DNA of 64,000 nucleotides from Candidatus Megaera polyxenophila (GTDB lineage Bacteria; Pseudomonadota; Alphaproteobacteria; Rickettsiales; Rickettsiaceae): NCBI RefSeq assembly GCF_029982035.1, contig NZ_CP104167.1, positions 65,974 to 129,973 of the forward strand, read 5' to 3'. Shown piece by piece: positions 55,017 to 64,000 of this stretch (position 1 is its first letter; each line of letters starts with the position of its first letter). The notes under the pieces were generated by a model. It saw only the letters and a program-made list of their open reading frames with translations, ran no database searches and was not told where the DNA came from. The position numbers and the translations under genes were made by a program.

Positions 55017-56196
55017 TATTATAACGCAAATTATATCTCATAATTTCTGATTTTTAGTCTAGACAAATTGGGCCACCTTACTTGCTACCCCAGAAATTAA
55101 ACTTGAAACTATAGAGGTTCAAGGATGAAGATTACGGATAGTTTAAAGGATTTAGCCAATTTTTGCGGACTTGGGGTAGAGGGGAGCGTAAATCTGATCC
55201 AATGGATGCATTTGGAGAGCATACTGCGCAGGTAACGGGGGGAGCAGTGCCGCTATCTGATTTTCTTGTTTATGATTATTTTGATGAAGAGCAAGGATTA
55301 TTTTTTAATAATAACGATAGTATTGGTTTCTGGTATGAGATTAATCCGTTAGTTGGGTCTAATGAGGGCCTTGAGAAGAATCTGACGTTATTTTTCAATG
55401 ACGAATTACCGGAAGATATTTACTTGCAGTTTCTAATTATTGCCGGCACTGATATTAGCGATATCCTAGATACATGGGAGCAGGGGAGAAAATACGGCGG
55501 GGAAATACTAGCCCATATAACAAAATCCCGCCGGCGGTTTATTGAAAATTGCGCCAAGGATTTTGCAAGTAGCAGAGATGGAAGACTGGCAAGAAATTTT
55601 CGGACGTTTGTTGCCTGTTCAAGGTCTTTAGGAATCAGGTCGGGGAAATCGATTGATCTAATGACTTCTTTTAAAAGAAAGCTTGAGAACAAGTTAAATA
55701 CGGAAAAGCTTTCTCCAAGACTGATGAAAGCAGAGGATTTAATTGTCATCGGTAGGGAGTTACTGCAACCGGATTTTGGAAGAAGTGCCGGTAAAGTCGT
55801 TTATAGTAAATATAACAATTTATCCGATCAGATTTGCAAGAAGTTTGAGGGGACGGTTATTAAGCCTGAATCTGTTATACATGAGGCTACAAATCTTCAG
55901 ACGAGGATTTTTTCACCAAGAGAGTTACCGGAGAGTTTTTCTCTGAGTGAAATGGTAGCGTTGCTTGGGTCAGGTGATAGGGTAATACCGGCAAGGTTTG
56001 TAATTAGCTATAGCCTGGCAAGTTCTTTGGGCAGCGGTGGCACTTCCCGTTTAACGACTCAAGGGATGAGATCCATTCACGCCGCCGAGCGAGATTATAC
56101 ACGTCACGATATCAGTGCCAGAGAAGAAGCAAAGAGTGGAGAGAGGTACTAGATATTCATAAAAAAGGTGAGCGGTTTTTAAGCGAATCGATGCTA

Positions 56197-57325
56197 TTAA
56201 CCCACCAATTAAATACCCGACATAACTATTGCCAAGAAGGAAGGAATTTGTATAATGCAATAATGTCAAAAAGTGAAGATTTTAGGAAATTATCAATAAG
56301 CGCACAAGCGTCGATGAGAAAGATTGCTCTAAAACTAGTAAAAAGAGGAGAGAGTCAATCGTCGGTAGGTGAATTAATAGGAGTGAGTCGCCAGACAGTA
56401 AATGAATGGGTAAGGAGGGAAAAGAGAGGCGACAAGTACGCAATTAGTGGGAAGTTAAGAGGTAGAAAGATAGGAGAGAAAAGGCTTATAACCGAAGATC
56501 AAAGTAAAATAATACAAGGGTACGTAAATATCTCTAGACCAGAAGATCACAATATCAAATCAGCATTATGGTCAAGAAAATCAGTTAATGCACTCATCAA
56601 AAAACATTGTGGATTTTTTCTTCCCCTAAGTACAATAGGCGAATATTTAAGAAGATGGGGGTATACTGCACAAAAGCCAAAGAAGTTAGCATATGAGCAG
56701 CAACCCAAAAGGGTTCAATTTTGGTTAGATGAAGAATATCCGTCAATAGCCAAGCAAGCAGAATATGAAAAGGCAGAAATACATTGGTGCGACGAAGTAG
56801 GGATAAAACAAGAGTGTCAGGTATTACAAAGCTATTCTTTAAAAGGAAAAACCCCTGTTGTGATTCATAAATCGAAGAGATTTAGTATAAACATGATATC
56901 CACTGTTACAAATAACGGTAAGCTAAGGTTTATGCTGTACGAAGAGACACTAAAAACAAATGTATTTATAGAATTTTTACGGAGGTTGGTAAAATACTCC
57001 AAGAAAAAAATCTTCTTAATCCTAGATAATCTCAAGGTTCATCATAGCAAAAAAGTACAAATATGGACTCGGAAACATAAAAAGAAAATTTCTTTATTTT
57101 TTCTGCCTCCGTATACTCCGCAACATAATCCGGATGAATATTTAAACAACGATTTAAAAAGAAATGTAAATAGGAAACATATACCTCTTACAAAATCTGA
57201 ACTCCAAGGGAATTTAAAATCTTACCTAAGGACTCTGCAAAATAACCCAGAACATATCAAAAGATTATTTCAGGCGAAAGAAGTAAAATATGCCGCCTAA
57301 GTCGGGTATTTAATTGGTGGGTTAA
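56197..57325 (+). mobile_element. IS630-family element, copy D
   Basis: Inverted repeats; TA duplication at 56195..56196 and 57326..57327. Confidence 0.9.
56263..57300 (+). CDS. IS630-family transposase (intact)
   Basis: 346 aa. Confidence 0.8.
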   Translation: MSKSEDFRKLSISAQASMRKIALKLVKRGESQSSVGELIGVSRQTVNEWVRREKRGDKYAISGKLRGRKIGEKRLITEDQSKIIQGYVNISRPEDHNIKSALWSRKSVNALIKKHCGFFLPLSTIGEYLRRWGYTAQKPKKLAYEQQPKRVQFWLDEEYPSIAKQAEYEKAEIHWCDEVGIKQECQVLQSYSLKGKTPVVIHKSKRFSINMISTVTNNGKLRFMLYEETLKTNVFIEFLRRLVKYSKKKIFLILDNLKVHHSKKVQIWTRKHKKKISLFFLPPYTPQHNPDEYLNNDLKRNVNRKHIPLTKSELQGNLKSYLRTLQNNPEHIKRLFQAKEVKYAA

Positions 57326-58982
57326 TAGTAATGATTACAAGCCCGCAGGATAATATTGACATTGCCGAGGAATCTTTAAAAAGTCTTTGGAATGCCAATG
57401 ACTGGAAACTGGGGATTAATAATAATCTGCAGCTACTGAGTTTACTAAGTACAATGCCGATGAGCGGTTCTACTTACTGGAAATCACTATCATTTTTCAA
57501 ATTGACCAGAAATGCCCTAAGCGGAGAGATAGTAGCTAAATTACCTTTGCAAGGAGAATGGCGTGGTGTACCACAATCAGGAGTATTACTTATGGGCAGG
57601 CGGGGTCAATTATTTAATTTTAATCCGTTTTACAGGATTGGCGGCGGCGGTAATTATAATGTAGTAGTCATAGCACCTTCTGGAAGTGGAAAGACCTTTA
57701 CTTTAGAGGATCTTGTGACGAGTTGCCTTGCACAAGGGGTAGCGGTTTTTGTCATGGATATTGGAGCAAGTTACAAGAATATCTGTGAACTTTTAGGAGG
57801 AGAGATGCTACGTTTTGATCGTGGTAGCAGATTATCATTAAATCCGTTTGCCGGTTTAAGCAGTAGCGGAGCGGTATATACCAAGGCATTATCATTACTT
57901 GCGCAAGGTGTTGATCTTAAAAAAGTAGCTGAAATCACCGGTCTGCCGCAAGAAAAGATAGAAGCCTTAGCAGTCGGTAAATCAGCTGCAAGTAATTTGG
58001 AAAAAGAGAAGGAAGGAATCGAGGTTTTAGAAATCAAGGATAAAAAGATAAGCGGTAAAACCCATTTTGTAACCAAGGACAGTATGATTTATGCAAAAGC
58101 AATGGTAGCTTCAATGTGCGGTTTAAGCGGTGATGTTAGAGGCGAAGCGGTGATCGAGAGAGCAATAGCTGAAGGGATAACAGAGTATGGTACTGAACTT
58201 GATATTACAAAATTAGCTAAGGTATTTGAAGAATTAAAGGATCACCGAGGGAATCCCGTTGAAGGAGCGTCAGCTATGTCCGATAGTCTGTATCCGTATA
58301 CAGAGCAGGGTATTCACGGCCGTTATTTTAAATCCGGTAAAGAGGCCAGTTTTAAAGAACTGCTAACACTTTTTGAGCTTGAAGAAATCAAGGACGATGA
58401 GCCTCTTTTAGCTGTGGTACTGCAAATAATACTAATGCAGATTACGATGCAGTTTTTATGTGGTGATCGGAGTCGTTATTTTATGTTAGTAGTTGATGAG
58501 GCTTGGCTGATTATGGATTTTGCGGCTTCGTTTCTAGAGCGATTTGCTAGGACTGTTAGAAAATACGGAGGTAGTCTGGTTGTATGTACGCAAGATTTAT
58601 CGAGTTTTAGTAAAGGCTCATCACAAAGGGCAATACTTGAGTCGTCTACGTGGAAATTAATTTTACAACAAAAAGAAGAGGGTATAACTACCTTTGCTAA
58701 GGAAGAGGGATACCTGCCTTACTTGGATTTAATCCGCTCTGTTCGTAAATGCTCTGCTAACCGCTTTTCTGAGATATTAATCGATACTAATGGTGCGAAG
58801 GTGGTAGGAAGGCTTGTCACCGATCCTTATAGTACTGCTTTATATTCTACGGAAAAGGATGATTTTAGCTTTTTAATGAATGAGGAGAAGTCAGGTAAAA
58901 GCAAGCATGAGGCTATTTTGCAATTATCAAAGAAATACGGGCTATTGGCTGAAGATTTAACAGAAGTATAAAAGGAATAATT

Positions 58983-59384
58983 ATGATGAGTCTAAATATG
59001 AAACTCGCTTATATTGCAATCTTATTGGTCATTATCGGTTTTTTAAGCGGTTGGCTCGGTTGTTTGTTTTTGGGAAATCTAGCGGGATCGGTACGGGTGC
59101 TGTTTGTTTCTGAAGAAGCACTTGTTGCTTTAGAGGAAGAGCGTATTAAAAATCTCTCCGAAAATCATGGGATGGAAAACTCAAGGGCAGCAGGAAGCAT
59201 ATTTTTCGGCAAACCGGAACTTGCTATAAAAAAGATGGAGCAGATAGCAGGGAGCTTTGCAGATAAAAGTACTAAGGTTTTAATCGTAAGTAATAAAAAA
59301 GGTTATGCCCGTAATGGCAGCGGAATATCGGACATTATTCACAAAGAGCTAGTAAAAGTTTTAAGTGCAGAAAAGGAAGATTAA
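58983..59384 (+). CDS. TrbI-like inner-membrane protein (position between traC and traW)
   Basis: 133 aa with an N-terminal TM. Confidence 0.4.
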   Translation: MMSLNMKLAYIAILLVIIGFLSGWLGCLFLGNLAGSVRVLFVSEEALVALEEERIKNLSENHGMENSRAAGSIFFGKPELAIKKMEQIAGSFADKSTKVLIVSNKKGYARNGSGISDIIHKELVKVLSAEKED

Positions 59385-59425
59385 GAATTAACGAATTGGT
59401 AGAGGTAGAAAAGCAAGCATGAGGT

Positions 59426-60073
59426 GTGATGAAGAATCTGGTTATAAGTATATGTATACTAATGATTTGTTCTACGACTACGGCACTGGGTTTTGATTTC
59501 AGTAAGGTTGGAACAAGTTTTGTAGTTGAGGAAGAAGGTTTTGTAGAAATGATGCTGCGGAAATTAAAAGAGGTAAATTGGGAAGCAGAAAATAAGAAAA
59601 TGAAAAACATTGCGATAAGAAGGGTGCAGAATCCTATAGCAGTAGCAGGAATCAAGCCTGCTACCGAGAATAGGGAGTTTTGGCATGATCCGACTTATAC
59701 TCTTAAGGAGGATGTTGTCTTGCCGTGCGGTAAGGTACTCCACAAAGCCGGAAAGAAAGTAAATCCTTTGGATTATATGGATTTAGAACGCAAGGTTTTT
59801 TTTATTGATGGAAGGGAGGAGAAGCAAGTTGAGTGGTTAAAGCAGCAGTTGGTATCCGGTAGTAGTAATGAGGAGAACAAGCCGGAGAATAGGGTTATTT
59901 TAGTCGGTGGTAGCGTATTTGATTTACAGGAAGAGCTTGGCACTGAAGTATACTTTGATCAAGCAGGGGAGCTAACTACCAGATTTGGTATTAAGGGAAG
60001 CCCTGCGCTAGCCAAGCAAGATGGTAAGATGCTCCGGATTGAAGAATTTGCTTTAGATGAGAATAATAATTGA
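59426..60073 (+). CDS. traW: F-type T4SS TraW
   Basis: 215 aa with signal peptide. Confidence 0.6.
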   Translation: MMKNLVISICILMICSTTTALGFDFSKVGTSFVVEEEGFVEMMLRKLKEVNWEAENKKMKNIAIRRVQNPIAVAGIKPATENREFWHDPTYTLKEDVVLPCGKVLHKAGKKVNPLDYMDLERKVFFIDGREEKQVEWLKQQLVSGSSNEENKPENRVILVGGSVFDLQEELGTEVYFDQAGELTTRFGIKGSPALAKQDGKMLRIEEFALDENNN

Positions 60074-60232
60074 ACCAAAGTTTGGATTAAACAGATTTTA
60101 AGGTAACGAAAGTTGATTTAGTAGCAGAAAGATTAACCGATAAAATAATTAGAGAGCTGGATGTACGAAATAGTTAGGATAAGTGATACGGGGTTATTAT
60201 AAAATAACAGGGTAATAAAAAAGAGGTTTTAT

Positions 60233-60682
60233 ATGGATACACAGCAGGAAAAGAACGTAAAAACAGGCAATGATTTAGAAGCGGTTATTTGCAAGGGGCT
60301 TGGTGTAAGTTTTAATACGCAGTATAACTGGAGTCTGGTACTGGCAACGATAGTGATATGGATTTTTACCGGTGGGTTATTTCCTTATTCTGCTAATAAT
60401 AATTTTGATATGACGATCTGCTTGCAGGAATATATCAAATTCTTTAGTTTAACGGCGTTAATTATAGGTTTTCTATTAAAGGAAGAAAAATCCCTGAAGG
60501 TCACTAAACCAATAATAATAAACATTGGAATCATCACTTATATTATTTCGTTATTGACAGTGGTTATGCTGAAAAACTTTGGCATTTTATGGTGGTTTGG
60601 ATTTTTAATTTTAAAACCTCTTAGTATATTTGGGTTTCTTTTGCTTGCTAAGAAGCTTGTTCAGATTGTTAGTAGAGACTAG
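60233..60682 (+). CDS. Hypothetical polytopic membrane protein
   Basis: 149 aa, 4 TM. Confidence 0.35.
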   Translation: MDTQQEKNVKTGNDLEAVICKGLGVSFNTQYNWSLVLATIVIWIFTGGLFPYSANNNFDMTICLQEYIKFFSLTALIIGFLLKEEKSLKVTKPIIINIGIITYIISLLTVVMLKNFGILWWFGFLILKPLSIFGFLLLAKKLVQIVSRD

Positions 60683-60787
60683 AAATTACTAAGCGGTATG
60701 TGTTGAATTATTAATTTAAGAACAAAAAGGAATAAGAAGTTATAGAGGGTTATGGTGATCGGAGACCGAAAGGAATCGGTCTTTAAG

Positions 60788-63675
60788 ATGAGGCAGTCTT
60801 GGCGGATAGCGAATCATCTTAAAGACCTGGTACTACAAAAAAAGTATATAGCAATTTTAATAACGGCTATTTTTTTACCTTTTTTAAGCAATGCAAGCGT
60901 AACGTGCAAAGGTCATTTTGTCAATCCGATAACTGATATTTGCTGGAGTTGCCTGATGCCAATTTCAATTGGTGGTATGCATATCGGCAAGGGGGGAACA
61001 CCAAAAAAGCGTGATACCAAAAATCCTAAAAATCCTATTTGTATATGTAGTAAGGGCACTCCACCGATACCCGTTCCCGGGTTGTCGATCGGTTTCTGGG
61101 AGCCGGTGCGTCTGGTTGACATAACAAGAACACCTTATTGCATGGTAAATTTAGGGGGGGTGAGTATAGGCAGTGACATGCGCAAGATCAGCAGTTACGA
61201 ACGCCGTAATAGTGCTGCTGGCCGGCGTGGTCATTTTAGTTTCCATCATGTTCATTATTACGTTTATCCTTTGATTTACTGGCTAGAACTGATCACTGAT
61301 TTTGGGTGTCTTGAACAATCAACTTTTGATGTAGCGTATATGAGTGAGTTTGATATTACGTGGAACGATCCCAAAATGCAGAGTTTGCTCAATCCCGAGG
61401 CTATTTTATTCGGTAATCCGATAGCTCAGGCTGCTTGTAGCCTGGATTGCGCAGCAGCAACTTTTAATTTGCCTGACGATAATATGTTCTAGTATAGGAA
61501 TTTCAAAATTTGTAACCAGAAAAATTGTTAATCAAAACTTTGAAAATTCGTTTAATAAAATGTAGTTACAAGCCACAATATTAGAAATTATCAACACTTT
61601 TATAAAAATCTCTGCCAGAATCTATCTAAAAATAGGTTCAGTTTTACAAATTATGTGGCTAAGACGTGAAAGAAGTGTTCGCCATAATGATGTTATCTAG
61701 GCGTTGATAATAATTCATTGATTCTTATTAATAACAATGGCGGAGATAAACCGTAATAAACTTGCCGCAGATTCATACATTTATTGCAATTATAGCAAAA
61801 CAGAGGATCTATTTTAAAATTCAACCAAATCATTAATCTCCAACTAATGAGCTTAGTTTTCTTATGAACGATTTGATTAATTGCCTTATATACGATAGGT
61901 AATTGTACGCCCCTAGTTCTATTAGATAAAAAACCGTAATACCTAATCATTCGAAAATAACGATCTGGTATATGCATAATCAGACTAGCTATGAACTGCA
62001 TCACGGGCATAGTTATGCGATCAATTGTATTATTATAGTGATCAAGAAATTTAAACGTTACCTGCTTTCCGTCGTAATTTTCTATTCTTGTCTCGGAAAT
62101 AGGGGGCGTTTTATATACCGCCCTAAATATTCTATGTTGCGTTTATGATCATCCGATGGTTTTTGTAAATAAACATACCAACTGATTTCGTATAAACTAC
62201 TCATCCAGTTATTAAAATTCTCAGCATTTTGATATGCGGACGGCAACTTCAAATTACTTGAGATATATTGAAAGCGAAATAACTCAAGGACTCTATGTCT
62301 CCACATTTTTTTAATAGGTTCGGCAGGAAAAAATAATTTTTGCCACTTGCCTTTGCTATTTATACCGCCGCAAGTAACCGATAAATGGATATGAACATTG
62401 CGTTTTAAATCTCTACCGAAAGTGTGTAAGGCAGTAAATATACCAACCACAAGATTTTTCTTTGTAGCTATCTCCTTAATAATTCCTGCTGCAATACCGG
62501 AAATCAATCCAAACAGATCACGATTGAGCCAAAATATCGGCCATAAAGAGTCCGGCATTGTAAATGTAATGTGCTGCCATCGTGTTTTTGGTAGAACATT
62601 GCTAGCCTTACTCACCCATTGATCCGTTTGTTTCTTACCACAACGAGAACAAAACCTACCTTTACAGCTGAATGCTACCGATTTATTGCGGTTACAATCA
62701 CGGCAGCTATAACGTTTAAATCCTAAATATTTCGTTCCACACGATATAACTTTAGTGACGTTGAAAATAATGCCGTATCTTAGCTTGCCGTATTTTTTAG
62801 CGAAATCGAGACCAATTACCACGGTCTAGAAAAATATGTTTTATAGATATTCCTTTACCGACTATTTCCATAAATTACTTATAGTTAATGTTTTCTTACC
62901 AAGGAATCTTTCTTCCTTTGCGTTCTAAATCAAATTCTTTACAATCAGGGCAATAGTAAACAGAATTATACTTATGATTGGGAGATATTTTTCGCAACAT
63001 TATCCAGAAAGCCTTGGCTATTTCCTTATCTCCTTCGGAAAAAATCTTTTTGATCCTGCTGTAAGGAATTGCTTGCTCTTTAGAAATGGCCTTAAGAGTT
63101 TTTACCGCTAATTCATTGACCAAATGCTGCTCAGAGTGCAAGTTACTCATAACTCAATTATATATTATCTTATGTATGTCTAACATTCAGTCTTTATAAC
63201 TCAAGTTAAAACAAATCAAATACCAGTATTATAATCCTCCATAAATATTTATCGGTCAAGAGTATCTTCTTTTAAGCTGCCACCGATAGGTGGCTTATCT
63301 TTGTGGTGTGCCGGTTGCTGGGGCAATATGTATCCTTTAAGCGGAGCAAATGCCGACCATATTGGCGGGGTAGGAAACAGTAGTTTGCTTACAATGCGGA
63401 TTCTAAACAAGTTACATAGGATTGGTCTTGCTCGTGAGACGTCGACTTCTAATGGGAAGATTAACGGCCCATTATGTCGAAAACCAAGAATTTTAAAGCT
63501 GAAGAAAAGCCAATACAAGCTGCAGATGGTTCATCCAAAAACCACATCTGAGGGTATAGGTTGTTGGCCTCTTGGGCTATCTGACATGCTTTATCAAGCG
63601 GGCAAGGAATATCCGTATGACGGACAAGATTGGGGGTATCTATTATGGCGAAAAACGAACTGCTGTTTACTTTAA
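60788..63675 (+). pseudogene. traU: F-type T4SS TraU split by an IS91-family insertion (segments 60788..61489 and 63299..63675)
   Basis: N part with CKGHF...CWSC motif. C part CAGCWG...LYPLSG...LLWRKTNCCL resumes right after the element. Confidence 0.7.
61490..63298 (-). mobile_element. IS91-family element, copy 5
   Basis: 1809 bp. Target-adjacent tetramer is CTTT (AAAG) instead of CTTG. Frames at 62082..62822, 61693..62010 and 62896..63150. Confidence 0.85.
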
Positions 63676-64000
63676 AGGCGATAATTTTGGCGCTGATATT
63701 TTTTACGGCAAAACCTGTTTTTGCGAGCCGTTATACGGAAATTAGTAACCAAGACCGGGAATGGGTTATGAATCTGGCTACGAAATCACTTAATTCGGTG
63801 ATGGAAGGGATAAAGGAGAAATACCTTGAGTACCGGCGGAGTATTGATACTGCTCGCAAGCAGGATGAGACGGAGGTGTATAAGTTGCCTGATGAAAAAG
63901 CAACTTTAAGAGTGTTTGTAAGTTCCAGTATGAGCGAAGAACTACTCAAGTCTTATGTAAAGGCAGCGGGAAGATATAACGCCATACTGGTTTTTAAAGG
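63646..64000 (+). CDS. trbC: F-type T4SS TrbC, partial (3' end beyond window)
   Basis: Signal peptide MAKNELLFTLKAIILALIFFTAKPVFA. Confidence 0.5.

Larger units (their letters stand above)
53814..55080 (+). mobile_element. IS3-family insertion sequence, copy 2
   Basis: Identical to copy 1 except an A10 run at 54154..54163. Confidence 0.8.
55117..58971 (+). pseudogene. traC: F-type T4SS ATPase TraC, disrupted by an IS630 insertion and at least two frameshifts
   Basis: N-terminal segments 55117..55230 and 55163..56152. 1-nt deletion near 56135. IS630 at 56197..57325. C-terminal segment 57331..58971 with Walker A APSGSGKT. Confidence 0.7.

Noticed and set aside
63249-63949. Minus-strand ORFs 63249..63518 and 63731..63949
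   Set aside because: Antisense to the traU C-terminal fragment and to trbC.

Overview
The window is AT-rich (about 30% GC) and reads like an accessory region of a Rickettsiales genome (Rickettsia/Orientia-like), packed with mobile DNA. Organism and product names are inferred from protein motifs I recognise by eye; I could run no searches.

The most interesting item is a Tn552/Tn5053-like transposon (17697..24590, TniA/TniB plus two resolvase genes, vapBC cargo). It has 48-bp TG...CA terminal inverted repeats and a 6-bp TACTAT target duplication. It sits next to a third resolvase gene, consistent with res-site hunting.

Mobile elements recognised from sequence:
- Five IS630-family copies (one truncated, one frameshifted) with 25-bp inverted repeats and TA duplications. 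Four of them interrupt other genes: both transposon resolvases, traC and an IS91-like copy.
- Five IS91-family rolling-circle elements of about 1.8 kb. Two sit head-to-tail sharing one CAAG, and all carry the same -1 frameshift at a C5 run inside the transposase.
- Two IS3-family copies, with A9 versus A10 at the frameshift window.
- Three 595-bp IS200-like elements, two as a perfect tandem dimer.
- A truncated group II intron, an IS5-family transposase, and IS256-family fragments.

An F-like type IV secretion cluster (pilin-like ORF, traL, traE, traK, traB, traV, traC, trbI-like, traW, traU, trbC) occupies 50067..64000. It is decayed: a frameshift in traE, IS3 in traV, IS630 plus frameshifts in traC, and an IS91-like element in traU.

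Other content:
- Two ParA/small-partner partition loci with palindromic candidate operators.
- Two vapBC toxin-antitoxin pairs, one with a nonsense mutation in vapC.
- An RHH-protein plus Rep-like module, a class-II Fic AMPylase, a ProQ/FinO protein, HU, and an SPFH membrane module with a partial inverted duplicate.
- A CE-clan cysteine protease fused to an autotransporter barrel.
- A secreted coiled-coil protein built on a 636-bp tandem repeat.

All coordinates are by eye and may be off by a few bases.
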